Shown here: positions 35,701 through 45,507 of the stretch, one piece after another
How positions within the stretch are numbered: the first letter of the stretch is position 1
Layout of the letters: every line of letters begins with the position of its first letter
Assembly (NCBI GenBank): GCA_001662655.1
Contig: KV460284.1
DNA: 45,507 nucleotides
Strand: one strand, 5' to 3'
From: Pseudogymnoascus verrucosus
Lineage: Eukaryota
Program-made: the position numbers and the translations under genes
Notes under the pieces: generated by a model
Databases searched by the model: none
Told to the model about the DNA's origin: nothing
Seen by the model: the letters and a program-made list of their open reading frames with translations, nothing else

Positions 35701-38674
35701 GTCCATGCTGACTTCTCGAAGCACAATGGCACGAACTTCTCTGGTCCGACACCGAGGCCAACAAGATGGCGTGCTAGCTGCGTCGACAGCTCATCGAGCT
35801 TGCGATAGCTGAAGCTAGCATCCCACCCATAGACAGCTGGCGCGTCAGGGCGCGCGACGACCTGCTGCGCGACGGTCTCGTGCACGCACGCCTCCACGGC
35901 CTCCGGGCAGTTGCTGTTCCAGGCACAGATGTCTGTCTGGTCCTTTCGATTGATCATTTTGATTTCGCCTACAAGCGCAACTTCATGCTTCCAACATATC
36001 TGATTTATCAGGTGTTCGAATTGCCCAGTAAGTCTTACGATCTGGGGTTTGTCCACGATCTTACTATCAAAACTTACTTTGATCTGAATTCCATCTGTAG
36101 TGAGCGTACATTCCATGACCAATGGATAAGTCTTGTCGTTTTCAAGCTCACTCAGGTATGTCTCGACGCTGCCAATGCGACCTATCTCCTTGCTCCAAGT
36201 TGTTGGGTGTATGACTAACAAGTTCTGAAATTCGCACGCTGATTGGGTCTCCGAATTGATAGCTTTGATATTAAGGAGGCCGTATTGCTCGAAAGGGATC
36301 ATAGTAGTAGCTTGTTTCTGCAACACTTCTAGATACTCGCTTATGGTCTGGTTGGGATGAATATTGACACGGAAAGGTACAGTTGCGATCGTAGGCCCGA
36401 CGATGTTCTCAATGCCAGACACTGGTGCGTTTCTTCCTGCGATGGTTACACCGAACACAACAGTATTGCTGTTTTCGTACATAGACATCAGAAGTGCCCA
36501 TGCTGCACGGATTATGGTCGGGGTGGTTATGTCCGTGTTTGTGGTCCGTGATATGCAAATTTGGTGCTTGTAGGAACTTTCCACCGTCGTCGTACACATC
36601 GCTCCTGTAACGATTGGAAATGTTGATGGTTGTGAGCTGGATAATTGTGACTGCCAGAATGCTCTCGCCGCATCACCATTCGCGCCTTCAACATGCTTTA
36701 CAAAGCTGTTGAAGTTGGTCGGATTGGGAACCGTCGCACCTTCATACAGTTGAAGAAGGGTTTTTATGATCAACGATAAAGACCAACCGTCGTATATGCA
36801 GTGATGCATCGTCCATACCAGATAGGATTGCGCGCTGGTAATATCATTCACTATGGCGCATCGATTTAATGGTTCTCCGAAGCTCATAGTCAGCCGCTTG
36901 TCATTTTCAAGATATGTCTGGAGATCCGAGCTGACCGCCCAGCTCGGATGCTCCTGGATAACCACTTGAAGCATTTTCCGTGAAGAATTAGACTGCACTA
37001 TTCTTGTACGTAAGATGGGTGAGGATTTCACAGCGGTCTCCCAACAGGCGCGGAACCGGTCCACGTCCAGCGTCGACTTAAGTGAGATCAGGTGTTGGGC
37101 CACATATGCGCCAGTTGTCCTGATAGAGAGGGCCATGAGTGATTCTTGTAGAGGTGTACATGGGTACAAATCTGCAATATTGTCCCGATGTACGGTACAC
37201 ATGGCAGCAGCCTCATCAACGATGGTGTCGGTAGCTTCATGCCCACTTGAAATTTCAAATGGCATTAGGTCAACGTGGGTTGATTTCTCGATTCCAGTTG
37301 CGACCAAGGACAACTCAGATATTGTCGAGTTGGCAAACAAGTCTGCAACGGTAAACTGGACCCCGTGTGCTCGCGATGCAGCTACGAGCGATACTGCTTG
37401 GACAGAATTCCCACCGAGTCGGAAAAAGTTGTCCTTCAGTCCTATGGTATCCACATCCAATTCCAAGATTTCGGCCCAAAGTCTCTGCACCTTCACTTCC
37501 ATTTCCGTTAATGGTGCCAATTTCTCAGTCGACGTATCTCTCATGTCCAGCACGAGCTTCCTTGAAATAATACGTGCTGCCGTGTGCCTGAAAAGTTGCA
37601 GCGTCTTGACAATTTTTTCTCGCAGGGCAATGCGATCTCCTAAATAGAGAAACCCGGCCAACCAGGGCAGTAGCTTCACGAACATCCTCCATGGCCACCC
37701 AAAAATTGATGTACCAGCGACATTTGCGCTGTTTACCTTCAAAATTCCACTGGCGCATCTTTTGGGTTGTTGTTTTGCCAAGATAAACCGTCGATTCATG
37801 CTCCGGATCAACTTGTAAAACCAGAAGCAGTTCATGACACTTAACGCCGCAACAGCGAGAGAGGTGGTGAATGCCAACCACAGCGGAACGCAACCTTCCT
37901 GAGTAGCCTGACATGTATCAGACGGGTTTCTGTTCGCCAGACCCATGACACCAGAATCGAAACTGATCGGCGAGTGATTTTTGCAATAAGAGGTCCAGAT
38001 ATCGTGGTAAAGACCCAAAGACTGATAGTTCCCGCATATTATACGAGACCAAAAGAAGACGAACAACAATGCAAGGCCATTACAAAGTTGTACATTACAA
38101 CCAGTCATATCCAACATGTCACAAAACCAATGAACTTGAAGGAACGGATTCGAAAGCTGGTAAAGAATACCCCATGGCGCGTAGAACTGGAGAAACGATT
38201 GCTGTACGCATAATTAGTGAGCGCTGCAAGCGTTTCATATGGTAGAGGGTGTCATTGTATACATACAGAGGACGCACATAGAAGACCTAACGTGCATACA
38301 GAATGTAGCAACATTCCTGTACCAAAGGATCTAGTGTTCTTCATCATGGTGATCAAATCCCATAGATAATACCCCATAGAATACCCGGTAAGCATGCCCG
38401 CCTTCTTGCTGTACCCCCACAACCTCTCTTGGGCGTCTGTCATGTTCGATCTCTCTTGGTCATTCAGAACCACCCAGAGGGCCATGCCGCAGATGAAGGT
38501 TGAGTGTAGGAGTGATATGATGCGAATATTCCATTGCGTCTTCGTATGTGAGTAGGTGGAAGCACGCCAGTGGGGAAAGAAGTAGCTCAAGATTCGTGGT
38601 TGAACAACCCAATTCATAAGGCAACAAGCACCAAACATGAAGCTAATCTCCCGAGTGTGCCATGAGAAATCCAT
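32742..38674 (-). CDS. TLC-domain/NRPS fusion, TLC-T-C-A-T-C (about 1955 aa); exons 38674-38267 and 38201-32742
   Basis: Intron GTATGT..CTAAT..TACAG (38266-38202) joins the TLC exon (WNIRIISLLHS, ERLWGY, GYYLWDL, GMLLHS) in frame to QSFLQFYAPWGILYQLSNPFLQVHWFCDMLDMTG..NG..FFWSRIICG and on into the 1791-aa ORF. T1 FFRLGGNS, C1 HHCIYDG, A (FTSGSTGKPKG, YGPSE, YKTGDL, SGKTDR), T2 FFRLGGDS, C2 HHALYDG. Confidence 0.85.
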
Positions 38675-38940
38675 AGTAGTCGTATAGGTTGCGGCTAGTT
38701 CTCTCTTATCTCGTGTGGTGTAGAGAAAATGTAAGCAGAAAAGAGTTTACCGTCTTGGGTGTGAGGTGAGATCTCGAAGATATGGGATTTTATCAAAGTA
38801 AATATACTTTCCTAGGCCAAGTAAGTGGGCGCTTTTCGTTTGCAAAGCTACGAAGTTCGTAGGAAGTAAAGCGGTTAATCCTTGTAATAGTCAATGCGAA
38901 AGTCTCCTGAAACTAAGGGATAAATCTAAGTGTTCAAGAA

Positions 38941-39146
38941 AGTGCCGTAGGGGAATCCAATATATTGAAGCCGAGGCAGGTCAGCCGGGTGTTTGTTTCA
39001 CCCTGCTGTGTTGGACCTCTTCCGAGGGGTCCACGGCCCATGACTTGGGGGGGAATAATGGATAAGTCTGATTACCCAGATAGTGCCATAGGGGAATCCA
39101 ATATACTGAAGCCGAGGCAGGTCAACTCGGTCTTTGTTTGCACCCT
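38941..39146. repeat. Direct repeat (2 x about 64 bp, period about 141 bp) in the divergent NRPS/ABC intergenic region
   Basis: AGTGCC(G/A)TAGGGGAATCCAATATA(T/C)TGAAGCCGAGGCAGGTCA..GGT(G/C)TTTGTTT..CACCCT at 38941 and 39082. Confidence 0.85.
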
Positions 39147-39501
39147 TAGATCGTGAAGACGGAGACGGTATTGCTCCTCATCGATCAAGTGACCAGAGTC
39201 AAGGTGCTCAACAGTCTGCTTCAGGAGTTTTGAACCTCATCAACTATGGCGATCACGTCTTGAGCCACACTCGCAGTGCCCATGTAAGCCAGGACGTAGG
39301 CATTGGCTCCACGATCCACTGCATCGCAGCGGCAGCTAAATGCATCATCTAGAGTGAAGGCATATATACTAGCGCTACTAGCCCTATGTCAATGTCACCG
39401 TTGCCGGGGGACTCGAGGACAAAATAATCACGGTTAAGAATATCCTTTCTTAAAAGATTAAGGGGTGTTCTTAAATGAGGGGATGAAGAAACAAAGACAA
39501 A

Positions 39502-39752
39502 GCGACCCCGTATCATCCTTCGCAAGCCATGCCCTAAGCTTAAAGATTCACTGCGACCCCGCATCAACCTTCGCAAGACATGCCCTAAGCTGAAAGGTTT
39601 AATTGGACCCCGCATCATCTTTCGCAAGCCATGCCCTAAGCTTAAGGTTCAATGCGGCCCCGCACAACCTTCGCAAGCCATGCCCTTAAGCTTAAGGCTC
39701 GAATGCGTACCAAGCTTCGCAAGCCATACCCAAAGCCCAAGGTTTGATGCGC
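39502..39752. repeat. Minisatellite, 5 x about 50 bp
   Basis: Unit GCGACCCCGCATCA(A/T)CCTTCGCAAGCCATGCCCTAAGCTTAA(A/G)G.TT near 39502, 39553, 39605, 39654 and 39705; the last copy is degenerate. Confidence 0.9.
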
Positions 39753-40322
39753 AGAAGCGGGTCAGGTGGCACGCTAGAAGCCGGCTCATTATCCGAATTT
39801 AGTCTAAAACATGCCAAGGATCCCTGTCAGGGTCCTTACTAATAAGGCCTTATCCCCATGGGGTATTAGACCACACCACTAAAGTACCCACATGTGGAAA
39901 CGGCGTCCGGCATAGAGCCGCCTGTCGAGTTAAAGATGGGTAAACGATGCGTCACAGAAGTTAAGTCTGCATCTACACAGACAGTCTTACCCTTCAGCTT
40001 ACCAGTATGCCCCGCTTGGGAAGATTTCGCAGGCAGAGAGACGACAATCCCGTTTCATCTTCTCCACCATGTGACGCCGCTTTGTCCTCTGGGTTCATTT
40101 GCGGGAGGGTTCGTTCGTCCACCTCTAGGGCCTTCTCTATTCTCCGATTGACCCAGGTGACAGCAGTGGTGAGTATCCCAGCATGCCCGAGTATAACAGT
40201 AGGTGGAGCTGCCGTGGTTTCCAGAGGCTAGAAAACTGGACACTTAACCGAACAACCCTCATCACCTTCTAATCTCTCTTCTACGAATATTCCGCTTCAC
40301 TAGAAATGGCAGCAACCGCATC

Positions 40323-43300
40323 ATGACTTTGATGGGCTGTCTTAACGACGACACCTTTGGACCAGTTGTCCAGGGGTGTCGCGACGACTTCGACTTTACG
40401 CAGAAGTTTGAGAGGATTTTATTCACTGCAGTTCCTGCTTCGGCTTTCATACTCGTGGCCATAGTCAGGGTATCTCACCTGGCCCAAAAACCGCGATTAG
40501 TGTTGGCGACGCCATTTCAGCTCGTCAAAATTGTAAGAGGCTATTTGTGCCAAATAAAAACGCAAAATCTTTGAGCGCAGTACTAATTTATGTCCAGCTG
40601 ACGATTATTATCTATGCTGCTTCTCAACTGTCTCTTCTAGTTCTCCTGAGCATCGTGGACGCGGCTGCTGTACGTAGCTTTTCTATTGCCGGGATAGCTC
40701 TGGCCTTTACTGCTAGTCTCCTCATGATCGCCGTATCATTTCTCGAGCATGCACGATCACATCGAACGTCAGCCCTTCTTAATATTTACCTCCTATTTAC
40801 CTTGCTCTTTGATATTGTCCAGGCCCGAACATTATGGCTTGTAATAAATTCTCGAAGCCAGGCTATATTTACCTATTTGTTCACAGCCTCGATCACCATA
40901 AAATTGATTGTCCTCGTCCTCGAAACTCACAGCAAGGCTAGATGGATTATCTGGGACGAGAAAGAGCACAGCCCTGAAGAAACAAGCGGAATCTACACCC
41001 TGTCTGTCTACTATTGGCTGAAGCAGCTTTTTTTACGAGGGTATAAGAGCATTTTACGCTTCGACGACTTGTACGGTCTAGATAGCGCAATGAGTGCGGA
41101 GACCACAGCCTCAAAGCTAATAGAGAAGTTAAATGATCAGAAACACCATGGTCAAAAGCCTTCTTTACTAAAGGCCCTTTTCAGAGCATTTTCTTGGCCG
41201 TTTTTGCTGCCCGTCTTTCCCCAAATTGCTCTTATCGCCTTCCAGTATTCTCAGTCATTCTTTCTGGAGACTTTGATTGAATATCTGGAGCGACCAGATC
41301 ATGAGTCGTCTAAGAATATGGGGTATGGTCTTATTGTTGCATGTGCGCTGATATACCTCGGAATGACAGTATCTACCTCTTTTTACGCCTATCACAGTCA
41401 GAGAGCGGCGTCCATGGCCCGTGGGAGCTTGTGTGCAGTCATCTACAAAAAGACCACCGAAATAACCACCGCGACTGCTACCGACACGGCCTCGGTCACG
41501 TTAATGAGCACTGACGTGCAGCACGTTGAAACCGGCATTCGCCTTATGCACTTCATGTGGTCCAGTTTGATACAGGTTGGACTCGGATGCTGGTTGCTCT
41601 ACACAAAACTTGGTGTCTCGTTCGTAGCACCTATCGTCATCATGTGCTTATGCTCCGGCATTCTTCTCTGGGTAATGACATTTGTTCAGAGTCGCCAGAG
41701 TGTCTGGATGGGAAAGATAGAAAGCAGAGTCGGCCTCACGGCCAACGTAATCTCCAACATGAAATACTTCAAGATGTTGGGCATTTCGGACCATGTAGCG
41801 GACTTGATACAGGACCTACGAGAGGAGGAGATTCGGGCCGGAACCAAGTTTCGAATCCTCTTGTTGGCCGCCTTCGGCCTCGGCTATATTCCGTTGTCCA
41901 TATCGCCAGCGGTCACATTTGGGCTTACATTTAGAAACCTCGATGCCTCGACTCTGTTCGTTTCGTTGTCTTTTATGACACTTCTAACGACTCCCTTGTT
42001 GCAACTTTTTCAAGATCTACCTCAATGCCTAGCCGCCCTGACCAGCCTCCATCGCATCGAAGCATATTTAGCGAAACAGCCTTGGGAAGATTTTCGCCAT
42101 CGGGATGCGCCCGGAGCTTCTGAAGGCCAGGTTATAGATGACCACAAGTCCTGGACTTCTGAAACCGCACTGGTGGAACTTCATCGCCCGGATCTCACAC
42201 ATGCTGCTAGACATCAAGCCGGTGTCCTGCCATCGTCCCAAGAGCCAGCATTCGAGATAGAAAATGGTTCGTTCGGTTGGGACGAGAGCAAAATGGTATT
42301 GAAAGATATTGATATTGCCTTCCCCAGCGGCAAAATGTCGATAATTGTTGGACCAATCGCGTCGGGAAAGTCAACTTTATGCAAAGTTCTTTTGGGTGAA
42401 GTTCCAATAGCCTGCGGAAGCACAAAAATTAAATTCCCCAACTCCCCTATCGGTTACTGCGCGCAAACGCCATTTCTCTTGGACGCGACCATAATGGAAA
42501 ACATCATTAGCTATTCTCGATTTGATCAAAAGAAGTACGATGCAATAATTACTGCCACTATGTTGAGTGTTGATGTAGCAAACCTACCATCTGGTCATCA
42601 CACCAAGATTGGGAGCAATGGAATCCTTTTGAGCGGCGGGCAGAAACAACGCGTGTCGTTGGCAAGGGCTCTTTACCTTGAATCGGAAGTCCTGATATTC
42701 GATGATGTGTTTAGTGGACTGGATGCCCCTACTGAGACAGAGGTCTTCAAGCGAGTCTTTGGCCCAGACGGGATCATCCAACAACGGAGGGCTACATCAA
42801 TATTATTCACTCACTCGGTACGCCATCTTCCTTTCGCGGATTACGTCGTCGTTCTTGGGAGCGACGGCGGAGTCGTCGAACAGGGACCGTTTGATACACT
42901 TGCCAACAACGGCAAATATGTATCGAGCCTCGGCGTCATGACAACCACCCCAGATACCAATAGAGTGTCGAAGGCGGAAGATATACCGAAAGTTTCAATC
43001 CAACGCAAGACTCTACTAGAGATGAATAACGCCAATCAATACAGGCAAACAGGCGATTGGTCGATTTATGCACACAACCTATGCCGTGATTCCGTATTCG
43101 GGGGAGCCCTCAACTTGAATTTCTTGATCCCTGAAGAGTTACCGGAAGTTTCAATCCAGCACAAGGCTCCACTAGAGATGAATGACGCCGACCAAAGCAG
43201 GCAAGTAGGCGATTGGTCGATTTACATACACTACCTACGCAATGTCGCGACACGATCCGTTGCCGCGTGCATTATCCTTTGCATAGTGAGTGGAACTGCC

Positions 43301-45149
43301 GCAAACTTTTCCACAGTATGGGCGTCGTTCTGGTCCGAAAATTCTTTCGATCGACCAACAAACTTCTATGTGGGATTATACGGCTCAATACGTGCTTTGG
43401 AGCTCTTTTCCATACTTGGCGCGGTTGTAGGGCTGGTGCACATGGTCTCATCATCCGGATCAAATCTCCACAGACAGGCCATCATTACCGTTGTAAGGGC
43501 ACCGTTGAGCTTTTTTACTACAACAGACACCGGTACTGTAACGAATCTATTTTCGCAGGATATGACTCTTATCGACGGAGAGCTACCGCTAGCCTTTATA
43601 AACACCTTTCTTGGTGTCGTTATTCTAATCGGGAACTGCTTTGTCGCCGCCATTGCATCGCCATATCTCGCAATAAGCTATCCATTCGTGGCTGGCATAC
43701 TCTACGTGATCCAAGTATTTTATCTCAGAACATCAAGACAGCTGCGATTGCTTGATCTAGAAGCAAAAAGCCCACTATAGTAATTCGCTAGAAACAATCC
43801 ATGACCCCAATGCCGATCCACTAACTTGACTGCAGCAACCACTTCATCGATACAACAAGAGATCTCGCTACTATCCGGGCTTTTGGATGGGTAAAAGATG
43901 AAATTGATACTAGCAATAAGTTTTTGAATGCGTCCCAGCGACCGGCGTACCTCCTGGCCATGATTCAAGCTTGGTTGCAGACGAATCTCACAATGCTGGT
44001 TGGGGTGATTGCCATCTGTCTTACCACGCTCGCCACCCAGCTCAGGACGAGCTCGAGCTTCACTGGAGCTAGTTTGCTCACGTTGATGAGTTTAGCGAGC
44101 ACAGTGGCAGCTGTGATGCAGAGCTACACTCAACTTGAGACGTCCATTGGGGCAATCAACCGACTGAGGACGTTCAGCCAGAAGGTTAAGCCCGAAGACG
44201 GGAATGACGCAAACATGCCCATTCCAGAATTGTGGCCTACTTATGGTAGTGTATCGCTCAACGCTGTATCAGCATCATACAGGTATGGCTGCAGTACGCT
44301 TACTCTTGCAACTACAAGCTAACATATTTTCCTAGCACTAAAGCTGCAGATGCGGATGATAAGTCGACCGGTAAAAGCCCTCAAGCCCTCGCTTTAAACA
44401 ACCTTTCTCTATATATTCGGCCAGGGGAGAAGGTTGCTGTTTGCGGAAGAACTGGCAGGTGAGTTTCCCTCAAACATATACGCGCTAAGCTTAATGTCTG
44501 ACGTTAAAAAAGTGGAAAATCATCTTTGATGTTACTTCTCCTACGCCTCCTCGACCCTTTGCCAGGTTCGGAGAACATAGAAGTCGATGGCATACCTATT
44601 CATCAAGTTCACCGTTCAACTCTCCGGCAACGATTCATAACCGTTCCTCAGGATTCCATCTTCCTTCCGGGGGTAAGCAGTATCAAATTCAACCTCGACA
44701 CCCTCAGCTCGGCCACAGATGAGGAGTGCATATCAGTGCTCGAGACAGTTCAGCTCTCCAGCTTCGTCCGAGCGTGCGGCGGTCTCCACGCACCAATGAG
44801 CGCCGATAGTCTCAGTGCGGGACAACAGCAGCTTTTTGGCTTGGGCAGGGCCGTCCTGCGACGAATATTGCGAGACAAGATGGGCGGGCCGAGGGGGGGT
44901 ATTCTCCTGCTTGACGAAATGAATTCTAAGTTGGATAAAGACACAGACAGAATCACGCAGGAGATAGTTAGAGAGCATTTTGCGGATTATACTGTCATTA
45001 TGGTAGCCCACCGGCTGGATATAGTGATGAACATGTGTGACCGGGTGTTTGTCCTAGATAAGGGCACGCTGGTTGAAGAGGGCAGTCCGAAGATGCTGGC
45101 TGCAACGAGCGAGAGTCGGTTTGGGGAGCTTTGGAAGGAAGATGCCTAA
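40323..45149 (+). CDS. ABCC/MRP-type ABC transporter; exons 40323-40532, 40598-43779, 43836-44282, 44336-44458, 44513-45149
   Basis: N-terminal DDTFGPVVQGCRDDFDFTQKFE; NBD1 GPIASGKS, LSGGQKQR, IFDD; NBD2 GRTGSGKSS (across an intron), LSAGQQQ, LLLDE, VAHRL. Four GT-AG introns keep the frame. Confidence 0.93.
42986..43240 (+). repeat. In-frame internal duplication in the ABC transporter linker (period 156 bp)
   Basis: PKVSIQRKTLLEMNNANQYRQTGDWSIYAHNL versus PEVSIQHKAPLEMNDADQSRQVGDWSIYIHYL. Confidence 0.9.
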
Positions 45150-45257
45150 CATACTTCATAAGTGAGCGCGCCTTAAGGTTAGGGCTGGTTAGGGGTTGGA
45201 CGGTTTTGCAAGCTTTGTTAATAGGTAGCGAAATAAATATTCTCTTTGTCTGGTATA

Positions 45258-45507
45258 TGTTCCGGCCCAACCGTGAACTATTCTGGTTCATGAACTGGCC
45301 GGCCCGTTCATGAACTGGCCGGTCCAACCATGATTTTTCCGGTTTACGGTTGGCCCGGCCTAACCGTAAACCACAAATAGTAGAAGTAATCAATTGATCT
45401 GCCCTGACGGTTCGTAGCGCATATCAATTAGGTCAATTTGAACCCTCTCCCACGCCCGTCCACTTATAATAGGAACTAATGGAGCTTTTGTAGTATTTGG
45501 TCTGTTT
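45258..45507 (-). mobile_element. Second, inverted, internally deleted copy of the Ginger-like transposon (runs off the window)
   Basis: 45258-45400 is the reverse complement of the right end of copy 1 (32142-32228, with extra subterminal repeats). 45400-45507 on the minus strand encodes NRPNTTKAPLVPIISGRAWERVQIDLIDMRYEPSGQ, matching about 30523-30631. Confidence 0.9.

Noticed and set aside
39349..39627. 92-aa ORF with repeated peptide (LSLGHGLRRMIRG)
   Set aside because: It is a translation of the 50-bp minisatellite, with no ATG-supported gene structure or other sign of coding.
45172..45198. Two TTAGGG hexamers after the ABC gene
   Set aside because: Not tandem and too few to indicate a telomeric repeat.
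29921..45507. Starship element interpretation of the accessory block
   Set aside because: No tyrosine recombinase (captain) gene is visible in the window; it cannot be excluded beyond the right edge.

Overview
Eukaryotic DNA from a filamentous ascomycete (short GT-AG introns with CTAAC-type branch points; RIP-like mutation; a Leotiomycete such as Pseudogymnoascus is only a guess from sequence style). Bases 1-29.9 kb hold ordinary host genes: vacuolar alpha-mannosidase (GH38), a gene with an early nonsense codon, a WHPDK-motif protein, a small secreted Cys-rich protein, a Ser/Pro-rich protein, an MFS sugar porter, Shr3, an HPP-family protein and a delta-12 fatty acid desaturase. The intergenic DNA includes a regular array of paired ATCAC(A/G)TG E-boxes carrying tRNA-like fragments. 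From 29.9 kb to the end is an accessory block: a RIP-mutated Ginger-like integrase DNA transposon, a kinase pseudogene, a spliced gene that fuses a TLC (TRAM/LAG1/CLN8) membrane domain in frame to a T-C-A-T-C NRPS, a divergent ABCC/MRP exporter, and an inverted, internally deleted second copy of the same transposon. The best candidate for an undescribed system is the TLC-NRPS fusion with its ABC exporter, bracketed by the two inverted transposon copies. All calls come from reading the sequence; no searches were run.
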